Positions 1 to 11,829 of a stretch of 64,000 nucleotides of DNA are shown one piece after another. The translations under genes were made by a program, and so were the position numbers. The notes below the pieces were generated by a model. The model did no database searches and was not told the origin of the DNA. It saw nothing but the letters and a program-made list of their open reading frames with translations. This stretch comes from a virus: positions 2,465 to 66,464 of the IMG/VR virus record IMGVR_UViG_3300046167_000417. One strand, written 5' to 3'. The first letter of the stretch is position 1, and each line of letters opens with the position of its first letter.

Positions 1-2730
1 TTTAGAATCTTGTATTAAAGTGCTAAGCTCGTTGTTGTTTATTCTAAGCTTGTTTATTTTCTGCTCAAACTTTTTAGTAGCGTTATAATTTACCATACCA
101 GAATAAGCAACACCTGGGCTTTGCGAAACACCTAGTGTTATTATAGTAGACATAGCAGTGTCGTCCCAAGCGCTAAGATCTAATTCTCTATCAAGTATAC
201 CATACTCTGTTATAAACTGTTGACCACCATATATTAACTCTTCTTCAGCAAGCTCACCAGCACCTCTTGTCAATAATGGCTTACCTATTAGACTTGCTAC
301 TTTTTGATAATTACCTGCGTATAAATTTTCAGCTATGCTTGTTAAAGACGTGGGAGATTTAAAATCTTTTAAAAGTTTTATAGTGTTAGGAGCTGTACCT
401 AAAAACCTAGTTACAGTACCTTCAATTATACCATTAGCTAATGAAGCATTTACTATTTGAGCGTCGCTTATTTCACTCATGGCTTTTGTTTTGTTTATAT
501 CTCTCATAGTGCTAGTATAAGTATATAAATCTATAATGCCACTCTCGTAAGCGTTTAAAGCTATTTTAGCTTGCTTGTCAGCTGTTCCAACTATTTGCTG
601 TTGTGTTTTTAAATCACGATAAGTTTGAGTTCCTGAAGACAAACCAAATAAACCACCAATAGCGTTAGCTGTCATGGAAGAAGATAAACCCGCTGCTGAA
701 CCTACCCCACCAGTAGCTATAGCTAAAGTAATGTTAGCGGACTGCTGACCTAGTGTTCTAAAAAAGTAAGTACCAAAATTACCATCATCATAACTACCCA
801 TTTTTTCAAAATAGTCATTTTTAGAGTTTAATCTTTTTTGTGCTTCTATAGCCCAGTCAGCGTCAACTAAAGTAGGTGCTGCTAATAGTATTCCAGCAAA
901 GGCATCATTAACATCTTTAGCCAACAAACCACCTATACCGTACTCTTTCATTGAATTTCTAAAAACATCAGCATCAGCAGGATTAGCCGCGTAAAATTCT
1001 GAAACCTCTCTCTGCATGTTCTCCACAGTAGCTGAGTAGTCTATTTGAAGATTAACAAAGTCGTTCTGTAGTTTGTACATTTCTGACTGAGCTTGCTTTA
1101 GTTTCTCACCCTCTTCAGAACTAAGGTTTCTATCGTTAGATACTGAAAATATAGCTTCACCACTTGGTGTATACTCTATGCTAATCTTAGTTCCTTCTGG
1201 TGAGTTTTTTGAAATTTCATTAGCTTTTTCACTTAGTATATCAATAAACTTTTTTTGTATATTAGGTAACTCTTTAACTTGAGCTTTTATTCTTTCATCA
1301 AACTTTTCTTTTTCAATTTTAGCAACACCCTGACCTAGTTTAATTAAGTTTTGATCACCAGAGTTAGCCATTATTCTTTCTGCTATAGTAGAAGATCTAT
1401 CAAGCAACTCTTGATTTTTTAACTCTTTAATACCAGCGACGTACATGTTTTTAATAAAATCCTCACCACCAGCTTGCTCTATTTTATCCACAACACTTTC
1501 AGGTAAACCACGCCAGTTTCTCATTCTTATGATATCGTCGTCTATCTTTCCAGGTACTTTAATCATTTTATCCAGCTTAGCATTATAAACCATTTCGCCT
1601 ATAGCGTTGCTTTCCATGTACTCTCTTATTTGATCTTGCTCTTCCTCGCTAAAACCTTCTGATAAAACTTGGTTTACGTTTGCTATTATATCTTCTGCAT
1701 ACGTATTTTTAAAATATTTTAAGTCTAGAGATTTATTAGACTTAATTACTTTTTTTTCAGCTTCGATCTCTCTAGCTTTATTTTCTAAATAAGTGCTAGT
1801 TGCTTCGTAACTACTTTTCTTTATAGATTCATAACCTTCATCTCCTAGATCTTCTTTCATAAAAGACCTTAACTTATTTACATCTAATTTTTCTTGAACA
1901 ACAACACCATCTTTTAGAACATTATAAGAATAAGGTTGATATGTTCCGTCTTTTCTAGAACCGCTAGGTTGATTTATAGATACACTATAACCTGTAGACT
2001 CTAAAGCTTTGTTTATAGCTCTATCGTCTTTTGTTTCATTTAACACATCAGCTAGTTGACCAACAGTGTTAATAATTAAATCTTCATCTGTTTGACTATT
2101 ATAAGCTTTATCTAGTTTTTTTAAAACATCTACAGCCTCATCTCTACCGTCTAAGGTAAAAGGTTGTAAGTCTAGTTCTATTGGGTTGTCTGTTCCAGGT
2201 AAAACTATGTTTAATGCATTTCTAACACCTGTTTGTTCTATGAAAACACCTGGATATTCATTCATTAAAAATTCTTGAACCTCTTCCTCTGTCTTATCTA
2301 TAATAGACATAGGTTTATTTATATCCATTTCAGAACCAGTATATGCTTTTTTAAGCTTGCTTCTTATGTTAGAGTATCTCTCGTCAAGAAGCATTTTACC
2401 TGCTCTAGTACCGTTATATTTGTCACCAAATATACCTCCTGGTTCAACTTTTTCGTATTCCGATAAAATATCTTCCAACTGAGATTCCAAAGCGAATGTC
2501 TCGTCTATTTCCGTTACTACAGGTACATTCTCTCCTGCAGCAACTATCGGCTTTCCCTCTGTTGGCCTTAATACGGTTCCAGTTCCTACTGGTTCTTTTT
2601 CTTTTATCTTTAAATTAAAAGCACTTACGTACTCTTCTAAAGACATTTCCTCGTAATTAGCGTTGTCTTGCACTTCAGCAAGTGTTAATTCACCTAAAAC
2701 TGGGTGTATGTAAATAGGATCTATTGCCAT
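1..2730 (-). CDS. Giant internal virion (ejection/polyvalent) protein, N-terminal part; runs off the window edge
   Basis: ATG at 2730 (MAIDPIYIHPVLGE...). Both ends read open in the same frame to position 1. Absent from the ORF track, consistent with no stop in the window. Follows the internal virion genes. Confidence 0.75.
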   Translation of the reverse strand, partial: MAIDPIYIHPVLGELTLAEVQDNANYEEMSLEEYVSAFNLKIKEKEPVGTGTVLRPTEGKPIVAAGENVPVVTEIDETFALESQLEDILSEYEKVEPGGIFGDKYNGTRAGKMLLDERYSNIRSKLKKAYTGSEMDINKPMSIIDKTEEEVQEFLMNEYPGVFIEQTGVRNALNIVLPGTDNPIELDLQPFTLDGRDEAVDVLKKLDKAYNSQTDEDLIINTVGQLADVLNETKDDRAINKALESTGYSVSINQPSGSRKDGTYQPYSYNVLKDGVVVQEKLDVNKLRSFMKEDLGDEGYESIKKSSYEATSTYLENKAREIEAEKKVIKSNKSLDLKYFKNTYAEDIIANVNQVLSEGFSEEEQDQIREYMESNAIGEMVYNAKLDKMIKVPGKIDDDIIRMRNWRGLPESVVDKIEQAGGEDFIKNMYVAGIKELKNQELLDRSSTIAERIMANSGDQNLIKLGQGVAKIEKEKFDERIKAQVKELPNIQKKFIDILSEKANEISKNSPEGTKISIEYTPSGEAIFSVSNDRNLSSEEGEKLKQAQSEMYKLQNDFVNLQIDYSATVENMQREVSEFYAANPADADVFRNSMKEYGIGGLLAKDVNDAFAGILLAAPTLVDADWAIEAQKRLNSKNDYFEKMGSYDDGNFGTYFFRTLGQQSANITLAIATGGVGSAAGLSSSMTANAIGGLFGLSSGTQTYRDLKTQQQIVGTADKQAKIALNAYESGIIDLYTYTSTMRDINKTKAMSEISDAQIVNASLANGIIEGTVTRFLGTAPNTIKLLKDFKSPTSLTSIAENLYAGNYQKVASLIGKPLLTRGAGELAEEELIYGGQQFITEYGILDRELDLSAWDDTAMSTIITLGVSQSPGVAYSGMVNYNATKKFEQKINKLRINNNELSTLIQDSK

Positions 2731-2748
2731 TTCTTATATTATATTTAA

Positions 2749-4398
2749 TTAACGATAAAGTTTTTTAGCTTGTTCAAAAGTCATTGCATCACCTATTGGA
2801 TCACCGTCTTTGTTTTCTATTTGAAACTTTTGTGCCACAGGATCATAAACAAGTTTTCTACCACCTGTTCCAGCCCCTAAGGTTCTTGCTACTGTAAAGT
2901 ATTCTTTTGCTGCATCCTCACCTTCATCTAGAACTTTTTTGCTTTTTCGTAATTCTCTCTCGTTAGCATCTCCAACATTAGTTCTACTAGGATTATTGTT
3001 CTTTTGAGCTTTAGCAACGTCACTTTCTTCTATGTAGAAATACTGCTCTGTATTTGGTTTAACATTACTTACATCAACACCAGCTTCTTTAAGCTCGTCT
3101 ATCTGCTCTTGTGTTATCATTCTTTTTTGAAGTTCTAATCCGTTAACTTTTTGATTAACAAATTTACCAGAAGAATCTCTTTCTTGACCTAAGTTAAAAT
3201 GAGTTAAAAAATCATCGTTAATGTAGCCTAGTATTTCTTGCTGAACGTCTTCTGCTGAGAATTTTCCAGATTTAATTTGCTCAGCATAATCTATACCAGC
3301 TCTACCTAAGGACTCTAGATAATTATAAGCATCTTGCTGATCTGTAGGACTTCCTTGTAGCATTTTTGTTATTGTACCTGCCTTAGCGTTAAATAAATTT
3401 TTCATAGAACTTAAAGCTCCATCTATATTAACAAACTCCATAGACTTAACTTGATCTAAAGTATCTCCCTTTGTTTTTGTTCCTGCTAATTTATGCTTGT
3501 ACTGTTTGTTTAACTGTCCGTTTTTTACTACATTAAACTCTTTAGCCTGTGTGTTGTAGTCTATCTTGGGTATTATATTTTGTCTGGCCATATCACCACT
3601 CCAACTACCGTCAGATAAGTTTCTACTCCAATCAACATGTATGTAACCATCAACTACAGGATATTTACTTTCATCACTATAAGATGCTGCTTCAGGAGTT
3701 CCAGCCTTTATTTTAAAAGAAAGCTTCATGACTGACTCAAGATCGTTTTTTGAGTTTTGTATTCTTTCAAAAGATCTGTTTGTAACCTCTACGTTGCTAG
3801 GTAAAGGTTTATTATATATGCTAGAACCTACTAAGTAATTAGTGTATTGTCCAGCTCCTGTTCCAGCTAAGTAATAACCTTCTTCACCGCTAATTGCTTT
3901 TTCAAAATCATCTTTATCAGATAGCGGTATAGCAGCTTCTTTAGAAAAGTTGTTAAAAGTTCTTTGTTGGCGTGCTATAGCTCTTTGGTATTCTTTTCTT
4001 TTATCCGGATCTAAGTCTAAATTTGAATTAACTTCTGCAGCCATTTTTATGGTACCTATTCCATAGTCTTTTTTAAAACCTTTGTATTCATAAACGCCTC
4101 CATACATTTCGTATTCAACTTGTTCTCTAGCTTGTTCTATAAAACCTTTATCAGCGCCTTCGTTTTCTAGCTTTATAAAGTTAGCTTCTGAGGCTTCTAA
4201 GGCTTTTTGCTCTGCAGATATATATGATTTCTGATATATTTGTTTTTTCTTTTCTACTATATCAGCTTGTTTATTTCTAGCTTCTACCACTTGGTTAAAG
4301 CCGGATACTAAAGCTGCTGAAACTTGACTAGATGCATCGGCCCAAGCTTTTGCACCGTATAGATCTTGTATTATTGTTGGATTAGTATATGCGCTCAT
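2749..4398 (-). CDS. Putative internal virion protein (549 aa)
   Basis: Long ORF between the ejection-like gene and the giant gene; T7 gp14-15-16-like order. Confidence 0.55.
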   Translation of the reverse strand: MSAYTNPTIIQDLYGAKAWADASSQVSAALVSGFNQVVEARNKQADIVEKKKQIYQKSYISAEQKALEASEANFIKLENEGADKGFIEQAREQVEYEMYGGVYEYKGFKKDYGIGTIKMAAEVNSNLDLDPDKRKEYQRAIARQQRTFNNFSKEAAIPLSDKDDFEKAISGEEGYYLAGTGAGQYTNYLVGSSIYNKPLPSNVEVTNRSFERIQNSKNDLESVMKLSFKIKAGTPEAASYSDESKYPVVDGYIHVDWSRNLSDGSWSGDMARQNIIPKIDYNTQAKEFNVVKNGQLNKQYKHKLAGTKTKGDTLDQVKSMEFVNIDGALSSMKNLFNAKAGTITKMLQGSPTDQQDAYNYLESLGRAGIDYAEQIKSGKFSAEDVQQEILGYINDDFLTHFNLGQERDSSGKFVNQKVNGLELQKRMITQEQIDELKEAGVDVSNVKPNTEQYFYIEESDVAKAQKNNNPSRTNVGDANERELRKSKKVLDEGEDAAKEYFTVARTLGAGTGGRKLVYDPVAQKFQIENKDGDPIGDAMTFEQAKKLYR

Positions 4399-4414
4399 GT
4401 TTTGTTTTTTCTAT

Positions 4415-5155
4415 TTACGGGTTAAATAAAGTTCCTTCTTGAGCTCCACCAATAGCTGTCCCAACACCAATCGCACCTGTTATAGCACCACCCCATGCTT
4501 GAGCTTTTGCTTGGTTAGCGGAAGCTTGATTTGCCATAGCTTGTTGTTGTTGTCCAGCTGCTCTAGCTAAATCTGCGTTACTTCTGTTTTCCTCTGTTTG
4601 CATTACAAATTGTTCTCCAGCTGCCATTTGAGTTTGCATTCTCTGTCCTTCTGATATTTGTATACCTTGTATTCTTTGTGCTTCACTCATTTGAAGCATT
4701 TCCATTTTTTGTTGACCTTGTGCTCTTAGTTTTTCATTAGCAACTTCTTGTTGTTCTATACTAGCTGACACTCCTTTTTTACTAGCTAAAGCAGCCTGCG
4801 CTAAAGCAGTAGCACCACCTGCACTAGCACCTGTTGTTGCTAATGTATCTAGTGAATTAGCTAAAGCCATATCCGCTTGTTCCATTTGTATTTCAGAAGC
4901 TTGAGTAGCAACAGACATACTAGCAAAAGGATTAGATACCATGTCGCTTAAATTAGAAGCTAAACTAGATAGATTACTATTACCTGCATAAGGGTTAGTT
5001 ATAGGAACTCTTTCAGCCTTTATTCTATCTATCTCTTGTTGAGCTCTTGATGCTGCTCTACCGGCTCTTTTACCCGCTTTATCGGCTTGATTTGCTGACA
5101 CGGCTCCACCTATAAGTGATGCTCCCGCGCCTACAACCGCTGCTACTACTGCCAT
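4415..5155 (-). CDS. Putative DNA ejection/internal virion protein (246 aa)
   Basis: Ala/Gly/Gln-rich, hydrophobic Gly-rich N- and C-termini, position after the tail genes. Confidence 0.65.
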   Translation of the reverse strand: MAVVAAVVGAGASLIGGAVSANQADKAGKRAGRAASRAQQEIDRIKAERVPITNPYAGNSNLSSLASNLSDMVSNPFASMSVATQASEIQMEQADMALANSLDTLATTGASAGGATALAQAALASKKGVSASIEQQEVANEKLRAQGQQKMEMLQMSEAQRIQGIQISEGQRMQTQMAAGEQFVMQTEENRSNADLARAAGQQQQAMANQASANQAKAQAWGGAITGAIGVGTAIGGAQEGTLFNP

Positions 5156-5156
5156 A

Positions 5157-5564
5157 TTAAATGTTTTTAGTTATTTCATGTGATGAGCCAGGATCTACTG
5201 TCCAACCCAAGTTCTTATGTATATTTATCAAGTTTCTATTTCTACCTATAGTAAACATGTGTTTTTTACCTATTTCTTTACAAGCTGCTTCAGCGCTATT
5301 TATTAATAACTCTAAAGCTTCTTTACGATCGCTGTCTCTGTAAGTTGGATCTGAAACTATCCATTCTAATAAAACAGCATCTGAGTTTGTTTGATATACA
5401 AAACCAGCGCAAATAGATTTACCTTTTTTTTCTACCATAAAACCTCCTTTTCCATTGTCAGGCAAAAAAGATTTAGGTGGGTTAACCCAATTAGGCCATG
5501 AGTCCCACCATTCACATAATGTTTCCCAGTCTTGATCTGTTAATACTCTTACTTTTAATTCCAT
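5157..5564 (-). CDS. GNAT-fold acetyltransferase-like protein
   Basis: GNAT-like pattern (ICAGFVY...LEWIVSDPTYR...LGW); occupies the T7 gp13-like slot. Confidence 0.6.
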   Translation of the reverse strand: MELKVRVLTDQDWETLCEWWDSWPNWVNPPKSFLPDNGKGGFMVEKKGKSICAGFVYQTNSDAVLLEWIVSDPTYRDSDRKEALELLINSAEAACKEIGKKHMFTIGRNRNLINIHKNLGWTVDPGSSHEITKNI

Positions 5565-5574
5565 TTAATTTTAT

Positions 5575-6870
5575 TTAATAAGATGACTCAGAGTAGTTTG
5601 ATGATAACGCAAACAACTCGTTTGTTCCTGAGCTAGTTGTATTTGTAGCTCTTAGTTTTACTGTTGCAAAAAATCCTTTAACTCCAGATATTGATCTACC
5701 ATATATAACCTCGCCACCAGCAGCAGCTGAAGTATTTATTAGGTTAGCAAAATACTTATCTTCTTTTCTTTTGAATTCATTTTTAAACAAACTACTTTCC
5801 ATGCTAGCTAAAGTTGTTGGTAAAGCATAAACTGCAATTGGATTTGCTGAATCTTCGTTAGTGACAAAGCTTTCCATAGACCAGTTAAAGTTACCTTCAT
5901 AATTAACTGTTTTAAATGTCTTTATTAAAGAAGGATTTGTGTTTAATATACTAGTGACAGTTGAATCATATTGAACTCCATAAAAATTAGCTCTAGGTAA
6001 AACAGCACCGGAGTTATTAAACTCAACATAGTGTTTGTATAAAGAACCGCTTTTAGTAGAAAAGAAGTTGTTTTGTATACTAAACATTTGTCTAGGTATA
6101 TAGCTTAATGTACTTGTCCAACCTTTTACTTGTTCATCAAAAGTTACAGTTATTGGTGATTGGCTTGTAGAGGTTTGTAAAGACAATACATAAGCTTTGT
6201 TATATATGTCATAACCACCTATGGCTTTTCCAGCTTCTAGTATACCAAATTGATCTCTAAAAAAGTCATACATACCGTAGTTAGATATTTCTGTTATACC
6301 ATCTCTAGACAACCTAAGAACAGATCCTTGAGCTGCATCAGTGAAGTATTTTCTATAACCATAAACAGCAAAAGACTCTGGATTCTTTGCAATTCCAAAT
6401 TCACCAGCGTATGGTTGTATAGCTCCAATAACTACATTAGATGTGGTTTGCACTGGTAAACCCTCTTGAGTATATATAGCATCTTTATCTATTAAAGCTC
6501 TATTTACTTTTCTTTCTTGAAATATAGTTAAATTAGTATCCTCAGCGTATAGTTTTTGTATACTACCTTTTGATGGGTCTACGGTTCTAGTTATGTCTTG
6601 ACCAGATGGAAAAACATTTGTTTGGTTTACACCTGTTCTAGAATTTACAACGCCAGAATATATAATAGAATTAGCTAATAGCTGTTGAGCGTTTTCATCT
6701 GATGCTAAAAAAGCCCTAGGTGCTAGTCCAGTCTGCACATTGTTATAGCCACCTCTAATTCTAGATTCTTCAATATACCAATCATACTCAGTTCTAGAAG
6801 GCCCAGTCTGTCTGTTTATTTTCTTTAAAACGTATGTGTTATAATACTTTACTGGTATAGCTGTAGCCAT
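5575..6870 (-). CDS. Tail stabilisation/nozzle protein (C-terminal-type module)
   Basis: GSIQKL, GEFGIAKNPESFAVYGYRKYFTD, VLRLSRDGITEIS motifs as recalled from crAss/Flavobacteria phage tail proteins. Confidence 0.7.
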   Translation of the reverse strand: MATAIPVKYYNTYVLKKINRQTGPSRTEYDWYIEESRIRGGYNNVQTGLAPRAFLASDENAQQLLANSIIYSGVVNSRTGVNQTNVFPSGQDITRTVDPSKGSIQKLYAEDTNLTIFQERKVNRALIDKDAIYTQEGLPVQTTSNVVIGAIQPYAGEFGIAKNPESFAVYGYRKYFTDAAQGSVLRLSRDGITEISNYGMYDFFRDQFGILEAGKAIGGYDIYNKAYVLSLQTSTSQSPITVTFDEQVKGWTSTLSYIPRQMFSIQNNFFSTKSGSLYKHYVEFNNSGAVLPRANFYGVQYDSTVTSILNTNPSLIKTFKTVNYEGNFNWSMESFVTNEDSANPIAVYALPTTLASMESSLFKNEFKRKEDKYFANLINTSAAAGGEVIYGRSISGVKGFFATVKLRATNTTSSGTNELFALSSNYSESSY

Positions 6871-6905
6871 ATTTTTATTATTACTTGTTTTTTAAATTAT
6901 TTAGG

Positions 6906-9900
6906 TTATGGTCCTACAAATCCACCTGATGGGACCGCTGTTGGAAACACGGTTGGATCTGTTGTGCCAGTACCTCCTCTTGGGTAGAATGGCGGATCTG
7001 CCATTATAACTTCAGTTAAATTTGTTCCTGGATTTTGTATAGTTGGTGTTTGACCAGCAGGAAGATACGTAACTATAGCGCCAGCATAACCAGTTGGAGC
7101 AACACCTGGCCAATTTTGATTTCGGGTCATTTCTATTTTTAAATTAACCGCTGCGCTAGGTTGAAAATTATACGTACCCGTGGTGGTTGTTGGTGTAGGA
7201 TTTTTTTCACCTGGACTAACGCCTTCTGTTATTTGAGTTGAAGTTCTAGACAAACCTTCTAATCTAGCAACTCTTTGAAAAGAACCGTTAAAACCTGTGT
7301 TTTGGTTTGAACCTTGACTTGTTACATCGCTAACAAAGTATCCACCAACAGTATTGGTGCCACTACCTAGTGTACCATCAGGATATGTACCTCCGTTTTC
7401 AGTACAACCTCGAACATCACAAAAGCCAGGGTTTTGCTTACTAGAAGCAATCCATATATCTACATCATTTGCTGTCCAGTTTTGAATTTGACCTTGCCAA
7501 ATAGGTAGATTGTTTGAGCTAGTAATAGTATTTAGCGATATATCTGATTGAGTACCTTCATATGCTGGATTTGGATTACCCTGTGTATATGAAGCGTATA
7601 CTACTTGACCCGTGTAGTTAGCTGCTCCAACAGTGTAATTCATGTAAGTATATGTAACAGCTCCCACGTCGTCTGTAAGACTAAAATATAAAGAATAAGC
7701 ACCTACTTGTTGGTAATTACCAGTAGTAGCATTACCAGATAATACAAATTGTCTATACTTAATAGGGCTTGAGCCACTAGCTGTTTGATTAGCTTGATAT
7801 ACTATACTTGCAAAATCACTTATATTTCCAGAAGTGCCTGAGTTACCAGGGTAAACACCGTAATATGTTACACTACCCGCATTGTTTGTATACCTAGCAC
7901 CTACAAAATCCCAACCATTATTACTACTAAAAGTCGCAGAATCACCATTAGTTGGATATCCAACACCGGATGTTATAGCACTACCATTTAAACCTAATGG
8001 GCTAAGGCTACGCGCGCCTGCGTTTGGATACATACCAACTATCAATCCTCCAGTGTTAGGGACTGTAAAAGGAGGTAAAGTGTTAATTATAACAGGTGGA
8101 TCGTTTTGTAATTGTAAAGTTACAGTTTCAAAAGTATCAACACCACCTAAACTCCATTTAAGATTAACTTCAAATTTACCTCTCCACGTAACATCATACA
8201 AGTTTGAGTTACTACCGCCGGCGAAAAACCCATTGGGATCATTAGGTCCTTGAGCTGTTGTTATATTAAAACTACCATTACCAACGGCCACTAGGTTAAA
8301 TCTACTTATATAATCTATATTAGTGTCTATGGCTTGTGTCGTTGGATTGTAAGAAAAAATATTTACAATAGAACAAGAGGCAGATGTAACTATTTGACCA
8401 CCACTAGTTGGAAAAAAGTTACCAGTTATAGTACTACCTATAACGTCGTTTTCAGAGAAAGAAACTGATACGCTCGAAAAAGTAGATCCATTTATATCGC
8501 CGCTTTCGTTTTGTATATCAGAATTTAAATCAGATATAAGCTGTGCTGAAGATGTCTCGTAAAATAATTCTAATTGTGATACGAAAGGAGATGTTTCATA
8601 AATAGCTAAACCTAAGTTTGCTGGATATGGATCAGTACCTGTGGGTTGAGTGTAAAGCGACTCGTCTAAACCAACTGGTTTTCTAGTAGAAAGCTTAGCA
8701 ACGTAAGGTTTTGTGTTAAAATTATATATAGAATATGGGTTAACATCACCTGCAGCTGTTGGTATAGGATTTGCTGCGTCACCGGTTAAAAGAGGGAATA
8801 CATCTTTTATTGTTCCAACTAAATCAACTGAGTCAGGAGAAAATGCAGGATCAAATTGCTTTGTTTGAGTTGAAAAATTATTCACAACTACAGGAACTAT
8901 ATTTGTTACTCTAGGAAACATTGTTTCATCAGACGTAAATTGATCTTGTAATGGACCAACGTCTTGTAAATTTCTAGGTACTTTGTTTATATTATCAGAT
9001 ATTAAAGTTATAAAACCAGTTTCTCCTTCTTCTAAAGTAGAGCTTTTAATTGGATAACCATTTATTATACCAGGTAAGTAAACATTATAATAATCTTGCT
9101 GTTGTTGTTTTACTCCAAACTTATAAGTGTAAAAACCATTTACGTTTATATCGTAAGTAGCACGAGTCATGTTCGACGTTAGGTCAGGTTCTGGTTGTTG
9201 AAGATCTGGCGTATTAGAGAACAGATATTTAACATCTATTTCTTCCTTAGGTTTGTATAGTTATATTATAAACAGGTGTCGAACTGGATGGTGTTACAGT
9301 TACTATATCAGTGTAGTCTATATACTGGCCTGACATTTTTCTACCAACTGAAAAACATCTACCATAATTTGTAGTAAAATTATCAAACATAAGCCCAGTT
9401 CCATTTGAGCGCACCCCAGCTGATCCTAACTTATATTGATAGTATCTATTAGGTCCAAACAACAACTCTACTTTAACGTTAAAACCAGGAGTTATAGCGT
9501 TATTAAATACAACGTTTACATGAGCTAAACTAACACTTGCTGTGTAATCATCGTTTATTTTTTTTAGTATCCAACCATTACCTTCATTAACATATACATT
9601 GAGAATGTTAGCATTATTTTGGAAATCAACAGCTTTGATAGCATAAGCAAAAAATGTTGTTGTTAAATTTGTTGTGTTTGCGGTAAAGTATTGATAACTT
9701 TGACTTTCAAAATAAGGATACAAAGCTCCTGTGCCCGTGGTTCCAGTTCCATCTTCAATATTTACAGCATAATACTCTCCTTGAGCATAAGCACCTGGGT
9801 AACCCGATGTTAAAGAGTTTTCTGGTATAGGTTGAAGATAGTTTACAGAAAGCGTATCACCAGGCCAATTTAATATATTACCATTAAATTGCAAGGTGTT

Positions 9901-11826
9901 GTAATCAGAAAACACGTTAGAGCCTGGTTGAGGATCACCATTGACGTCTAATAAACCGTCATAATTAGACAAAACAATATCAGTTTGTCTACCAAACTTA
10001 TCTGCTAAAACTATACCAACTTGATAATTTCTGTTTTGCTTTAATGAATGTTGTGGATATTCTATAAATTGCTGAGTAGATTTATCAGCTACAGACGTGT
10101 AATAATCTAAACCTAACGGTGCTGTGTAACTTTCTACGTAATTAGAATATAATATTCTATTACCACTAGATTCTTGTGCTAAAGCTCTAACAGGCACCTT
10201 GTCGAAAACCCTAGTGGTCTCAGACGCTGGCATTGTTTTGATAGGTTGCTTAGATTGATAATTGTATTGATATACATTAGTATAATTTAAATTACTTATA
10301 AACGCGGCGTCAACATCTACTTTTTCTAATATCTGATAAGCCTGCTTGTCTGACTCCTTATATATTATCTCTATGGCTTTTATTTTGTAGTTGTTTATTA
10401 TATCTATACAAGGAAGTTTAATGTTTAGTACAGCATTGTTAATACTGTTCTGCATAAACTCAACTACAGTAGTAATAAAAGCCTGAGTTTCATCATCATT
10501 AATAAACTTACCTTCATGTTCAGGTATAAAAACATCTTGACTAAAAGGAGCTACTACTGAGTATTCGTTGTCGTCAAACTTAAATCTATAGCTAAATCTA
10601 ACAAACTTATCTTTTAATAACTCGGGATCTCCATTCCAACCGTTATAACCTGCTTCTTTTATAACTCTTACAGACATTCCGTAAGAAGATGGACTTGTTA
10701 ATGTTGTGACTGGTAAAGCGTTAGTGTTACTAAAGTTAACATAAAGATTATTTGCGGTAATAGCATCACTCGTCCAAAACCTAGCTCTTGTAGTTAATTC
10801 TCTAAAGTCATTACTGCTAGACGCACCTTGTCTCCAACCACCAGGCTTAACATTCATTCCGTTAGCATTTGTGTTTGCTTGAGGTGGATTGTCCCAGAGC
10901 GTTGTGCTTTTGAAAAGATTAGAAGTAGCTCCACCAGCACCTATAATGCCATTCCATTGTGCAGTTGTTGGTATTGTAAATCCTATAGGTGCTAAGCCTC
11001 TAGAATCCATTACAGCATATTTGTTGTATAAAACACCATAAGTAACTTCGTTTCCTATGTATTCATCATAATAGCAAAAAGCTCCATACTGACCGGTGTC
11101 TGCGGCTTGCCACGAAGCTAAAGTCTGTGCTTCAACTATTGGGTCTCCATTTCTATATCTAGTTACAGCTAAGTTAGAGTCACTAACCTCGTATACACCT
11201 ACTGGTACAGTGTCTGGATCAGCGGCGTTTGTCATTGTAGAAGGGTAAGTATCTAGCTCTGGCGAATAATTGTTTATAAGAGGAGCTCTTAAATTTAAAT
11301 ACTGAGGTGGAAATATAGGTGCAAACTTTGCTACAGAAATTTGGTCTTCATTAAAGTAATAGGTAGAAGGTTGTTCTACATTTATTTTCCTAGGTTGATT
11401 TCTGTTATCTGTCCAAAATAGTAAGTTTTCAACTAAATTAACACCTAACACTGGACTTTGTGTTGAAAAGTTCAACCAATATCCTTCAACTTTTACGTTT
11501 GTAGTATCAAGTATAGAATTATACACTAGTATCTGGCATAAGGCTGTGCTTGGCGCTAGCGCAACGCCACTCCAGTTTGTTTTAAAATAATACACAAGAG
11601 AATTAGCGTCGTCAACGAAATACCCTATCACCTCACCAGCTTCATCATATTCGTTAGATGTAACTTTATTGTTACCTAATATAGACTCCAAAGCTCCAAC
11701 GTCACTTGCTTCTGATCTAGAGACAGCTATATTTAAAGCGTCTCTGTATTCGTTATTTGGTATAAGTCTCTCGTCTAAATCTTTATTCATTTTAGACTTG
11801 ATGAAACTATTTTTAGCCTCTGCCAT
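6906..11826 (-). CDS. Large tail stabilisation protein with FISUMP insert; split by a +1 frameshift near 9250
   Basis: N-terminus KMNKDLDERL...EYRDALN and LFWTDNRNQPRKIN. Removing one base at ACC TAA G joins 11826-9247 in frame to 9170-6906. Confidence 0.7.
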
Positions 11827-11829
11827 GTA

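Noticed and set aside
9247-9260. Stop-codon reassignment or alternative genetic code
   Set aside because: Breaks change frame rather than being in-frame stops; TAA, TAG and TGA all terminate normal genes
10654-11200. Diversity-generating retroelement
   Set aside because: No reverse transcriptase and no second copy of the candidate variable region in the window
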